Positions 59,839 to 64,000 of a DNA stretch of 64,000 nucleotides are shown piece by piece (position 1 is the stretch's first letter; every line of letters begins with the position of its first letter). The notes under the pieces were generated by a model. That model was not told where the DNA came from and made no database searches. It saw nothing but the letters and a program-made list of their open reading frames with translations. Origin of the DNA: the human T2T-CHM13v2.0 reference genome, Homo sapiens; assembly GCF_009914755.1 (NCBI RefSeq), contig NC_060936.1. One strand, 5' to 3'. The translations under genes were made by a program, and so were the position numbers.

Positions 59839-60746
59839 TTTTTGTCTCTAATTATTGTTTTGAGTTTTCTTTTTTCCCTCATTTACTGATTGTCAGTGTT
59901 TTTATCCTCCTTGTGTTCATCTTTATAAATTTTTAGTTCATATATTGTATAATGGTTTTTGTTTGATCTCAGTCTGTTTTTTTTCTAGAATCACCCTTTT
60001 CATCTGGTTCTAATTGTTTTATGATCTTATGTTTAAGCTTTTATAGGATTTATATTTTAATTTAATTATGAAGCATCTTTGGTTAATTTGCCTTTGTTCT
60101 TAATTTGTCTTTGTCCAAATTTGCGGCTGCTTTCCATACTGGGTTATTTGCTTTGTGAATGCTGTGCACATTTTTTCTGGTTTATTATTTTTGTTTTGTT
60201 TTTAAGTACACTAGCATAGTTGTTATGCCATTTCTTTTCATCTTTCATCTTGCTCGTGATTGACCTGGGCAAATATATTCAGACTTTTATGTTTTCTCTG
60301 ATATATTTTAGAGTAATCTTTGAAGTTTTTCCTGTCCTGTTTGGTACAAGGATATTGAAGTTGTATGACTGCCTTCAGTGTTACAGTTTGGCTAAATTTC
60401 TATTCATTTTTCTGTAGCCTAAGAAAAAGAGAGCTCAATTGTAAATTCTTGCTGAGAAACTTGGGTTTAGCTGTCTTAAGATCTTGCTGAAAGTTTTTCC
60501 TGAGGTTTTATTCTACGCAGCCTTAGAGATAGAATGATGTCAGAATTATCCCCCACCAGCCATCCCCTCAATTTTGTTAAGTCACCTTATTAATGACAAG
60601 CCTTGGTATTTCTTGATACTTAGTGGAAGCCATGCAGTGGTATTCAGGGACTTATGTTCCTGAAGGGATTTTCTTGACTTGTTCAAATTATCTACTCACC
60701 ATTTCAATTATTTTTCTCCAATTGAGTGGGACTGAGGAGTGGAGTA

Positions 60747-61127
60747 TGTATTAGTCAGTTCAAGCTGCCATAATGATATACCAGAGACTAGGTGGTTTAA
60801 CAACAGAAATTTGTTTTCTCACAGTTCTGGAGGCTGGTAGTTTGAGATCAGGGTGCCAGCAAGTTTGAGTTCTGCTGAGGGCAGTCTTTGTAGCTTGCAG
60901 ATGATGACTTTCTTGCTGTGTTCTCACATGGTGAGGAGAAAGAGGAAGAAATCTCTCATTCTACTTTATATAAGGAAGGCCACGATCCTATTGGATTAGG
61001 CTCCCACCCTTATGACTTAATTTAAGCTTAATTGCTTCCTAAAGACCACATCTCCAGATGCAGTCAGATTGTAGGTGTTAGGGATTCAACATATGCATTG
61101 TGAGGAAACACAATTTAGTCCATAGCA
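60747..61127 (-). mobile_element. MLT1A/B solo LTR
   Basis: TGTATTAGTCAGTTCAAGCTGCCATAA ... CACAATTTAGTCCATAGCA. Confidence 0.85.
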
Positions 61128-61849
61128 AAGGGCCAGGGTGAAATGGGTGAGAATTCACATCTACAGTTTTTCATACTGCTAGTACAGGTAGAGCAGGATT
61201 AGGAGCTACCTCAGGCAGCCTGCCTCGCCAGAATCATCATCTTTTTTGGCCTTCAGTTTTGAACTTTATGATACATGTGGTCTGTCTCCTTTCTGAAGTT
61301 GTTGCCAGTATTTTGAGAGGCACTTGGTTTGTTTGATTTACTGTTTTTAATTCATTTTGCTGAGTATTATGGTAAATAAATTTAGTGTATGAATTTCTAT
61401 TTTTGAAAGAAAGCCTAGATAAATTTGTTTAAAAATAAAATGAGAGCTGCATTTCATAGCAGACATCCAGAAAACATCCAACTAGATTAAAGAATTAAAT
61501 GTAAAAAATGATTCTATAAACATTTAAGTGAAAACATTGATGGTAAATACTTGTTTTATCTTTAATTGGAGGGCTGTTTAAACATAAAAGCAAAAATGTA
61601 AATTAAAACGATAAAATAGCAGGTATTTGCCTCTTAAATTGGCAGCGTTTTTTCATTACTGCTAATGCAAATGTACTGATCAGTCGTGTTGTTAGTGGGG
61701 TTATAAACTGGTATATCTTGCTGGAAAATAGTATAAAAGTGTCTGTGTATATTTATATCTCAAGCCTTAAAAATGTTTATACCTAAATATATTGTTTCCA
61801 TAATATTTATTGGCATAGGAAATTGTGTTGAGCACTTTGGCGAGGCCGA

Positions 61850-62035
61850 ATAGCATAGGTCATATGAGTCTGAGTTTTAATACTTGCTCTACCTCTAACT
61901 CACTCTGTAATCTTGGACAGTGTAGCTTCTGCTTCAGTCGTATCATCTGTAAAGTGGGGATAATAGCAGGATTTATCATAGGGTTCTTGTGCTGCTTAAA
62001 TGGCACATAGTTGGTGATTAATATATTATTTTGTT
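61850..62035 (+). mobile_element. MIR
   Basis: ctgtaatcttggacag ... tcatctgtaaagtggggataatagca core. Confidence 0.7.
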
Positions 62036-62227
62036 AATAATTAGATACATTATGATACCAGTCATAATTAAAAATGCAGAATACCAAAATTAAAAGAAGT
62101 TTAATTCTGGGTTGTAGAGTTCTTGTTTCTGTCTTTATGCTTTTTTTAGTGCTTTCTCATTTTCTCTAATAATAAAATTAATACTGAAAACAGCCATATA
62201 TTCATAGAGTGTGCCTATTTCCATTAA

Positions 62228-62529
62228 TTTTTTTTTTTTTTTTTTCCGAGACTGAGTCTCACTCTGTTGTCCAGGCTGGAGTGCATGACGTGATCTTGGC
62301 TCACTGGAAACTCCGCCTCCCAGGTTCAAGCAATTCTCCTGCCTCAGCCCCCTCAGTAGCTGGGATTACAGGTGTGTACCACCATGCCTGGCTAATTTTT
62401 GTATTTTTAGTAGAGACAGGGTTTTGCCATGTTGGCCAGGCTGGTCTCGAATTCCTGACCTCAGGTGATCCACCCCCCTCGGCCTCCCAAAGTGCTGGGA
62501 TTACAGGTGTAAGCCACTGCGTCCAGCCT
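62228..62529 (-). mobile_element. AluSx
   Basis: Poly(T) followed by an antisense dimer; explains ORF 62209..62574. Confidence 0.92.
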
Positions 62530-63869
62530 ATTTCAGTTAAAATTTTAAAATTAGCTCGTCTAATCTATTGCTAAAGCTAAATTCAGTCTACCATTTGAAG
62601 ATACCTAATTTCTTTATCATTAAAGAGCAAGGAAAGACATTTTTAAAGTTCATTCAGTATTTAATTCCTTAATATACCTTTCAAATATGTAGTCATATAT
62701 TGAGCTGACCCCCTGCAAATTTAATCCAGGTCCTGAGAGTTTGACTTATTTATTTACATGTTACGTTGGCACCTTTTCAAAACTTGTGATAAATAAAAGT
62801 GCTGCCCCTGAGTAATGTCAAGCCTCAGCATTCTGCACACTTTATTCTCCAGAATAAACAGCTGAAAGTTTGACTTCTTATTTACTCTCTGCTGGCTATA
62901 CCGGTATATTTTGTGGAATAAGATTGGAAAAAGTTGGGGGAAAAGAGAGGATTGGAGAAAAAAGGAAAAGATAAGTCACTTTTGAATATGCCAGGTGATA
63001 ATAACTAATCTTTTCTTCCGTCTTTTGTTTCTCCTGTATGTCAAGTGGCTATTGAGTGTTCTGGTATTTTCCAAACAAATATAGAATGATTTCATTCAAG
63101 AAGCTGTTCTTTTTCTATCTGTGCTTCATGAGAAATGTAAACAGTGGGTACACATGATAATGTCAAAAAGTCTTATGAAATTCTTGTATAATACTTGTAT
63201 CTACATACAATCTTACAAATGGTATTTGAGTATACCTGGTGTTTTGTGTCTCAGAAATGTATTGCTCTAGCGACATTGCTGTATTTTTTATAGTGTTATT
63301 TAAATTGTTTTTTGATAATTTACTTGTGTTTATAAATGCCTAGTATATTTCTTACGTTTTTATGAGATAGAAAAAATGTGAACATATAAACTATTTGTTT
63401 TAAGCAAGCTTATATTTTTTCTGAAATCAATTTCAGTGTGTTCAAAAAAAGGCAAAAGTGAGAATTTTTCTTTTTTGACTTTCCTATAGTTAAAAGCAAT
63501 CTTTTAAATATACGAGTATGATATCTGTAATATTTGGTAGATGCCTAAAGATTGCAGTGCATATACATAAAGTATATGTTAATAACTTTGAACATGAGAA
63601 ATCTCTTCATTTTTGTCAAAAAATTAGTCATTTAAAAATTTTCATTGACTTTTTAATATATTCACTAACTTTTAAAGTGTCAGATAAGTCTGCATGATTT
63701 AAAATTTATAAAGAAGTCACATTATTTTTACATGTAGTTATAAACATAATGCAGAACAGTTTGTATTTTTTTGACTGGTAGGTGTTTTGTAAAATTTTAT
63801 AGATTATAAGTTTATATATAATAGTAATTCATTTATCATTGCTTCTTTAGATTCCTTAACCTTAGGCAC

Positions 63870-63994
63870 ATCTCAGCTTTTTATTTATCCATCTTCCATT
63901 CCTTGCCAATAGTGTTGCACTTTTCTACAATTTTGGAAAATCTTGGAAATCAGATCCAGGGATTATTAAAGCAACAGAAGAGCAAAAGAAAAAG
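63870..63994 (+). CDS. ZDHHC17: Exon 11 (DLSFLFIHLPFLANSVALFYNFGKSWKSDPGIIKATEEQKKK)
   Basis: cac|AT U12 acceptor, AAG|gtagca donor; 125 nt; contains the DPG motif typical of DHHC enzymes. Confidence 0.94.
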
Positions 63995-64000
63995 GTAGCA

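Overview
Primate (human or near-human) genomic DNA covering the middle of ZDHHC17 (HIP14, ankyrin-repeat palmitoyl acyltransferase) on the + strand. Ten coding exons are present (exons 2-11 by my recalled numbering, residues ~32-422: the whole ankyrin domain and the first transmembrane segments). They splice into one uninterrupted frame; exon 1 and the DHHC catalytic exons lie outside the window. The intron between exons 10 and 11 is a 13.5-kb AT-AC minor-spliceosome (U12) intron. The rest is intronic and rich in interspersed repeats: about 30 Alu elements or monomers, L1/L2/MIR fragments, MaLR LTRs, a near-full-length HSMAR2 mariner, Tigger MITEs and a sense-oriented ERV1 env + 3' LTR remnant. 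Almost all ORFs in the supplied track are repeat-derived or spurious. I found no clearly new gene system. The best leads are: (i) several post-transcriptional routes that would uncouple the ankyrin domain from the catalytic domain (a stop-containing cassette exon with a CTCF motif over its stop codon, the U12 intron, and an Alu-flanked, frame-symmetric exon 2-8 block); (ii) a fossil templated-insertion repair scar that copied 56 bp of the local ERV into an Alu 2 kb away. Repeat subfamily names come from recalled consensus sequences, and boundaries of old repeats are approximate.
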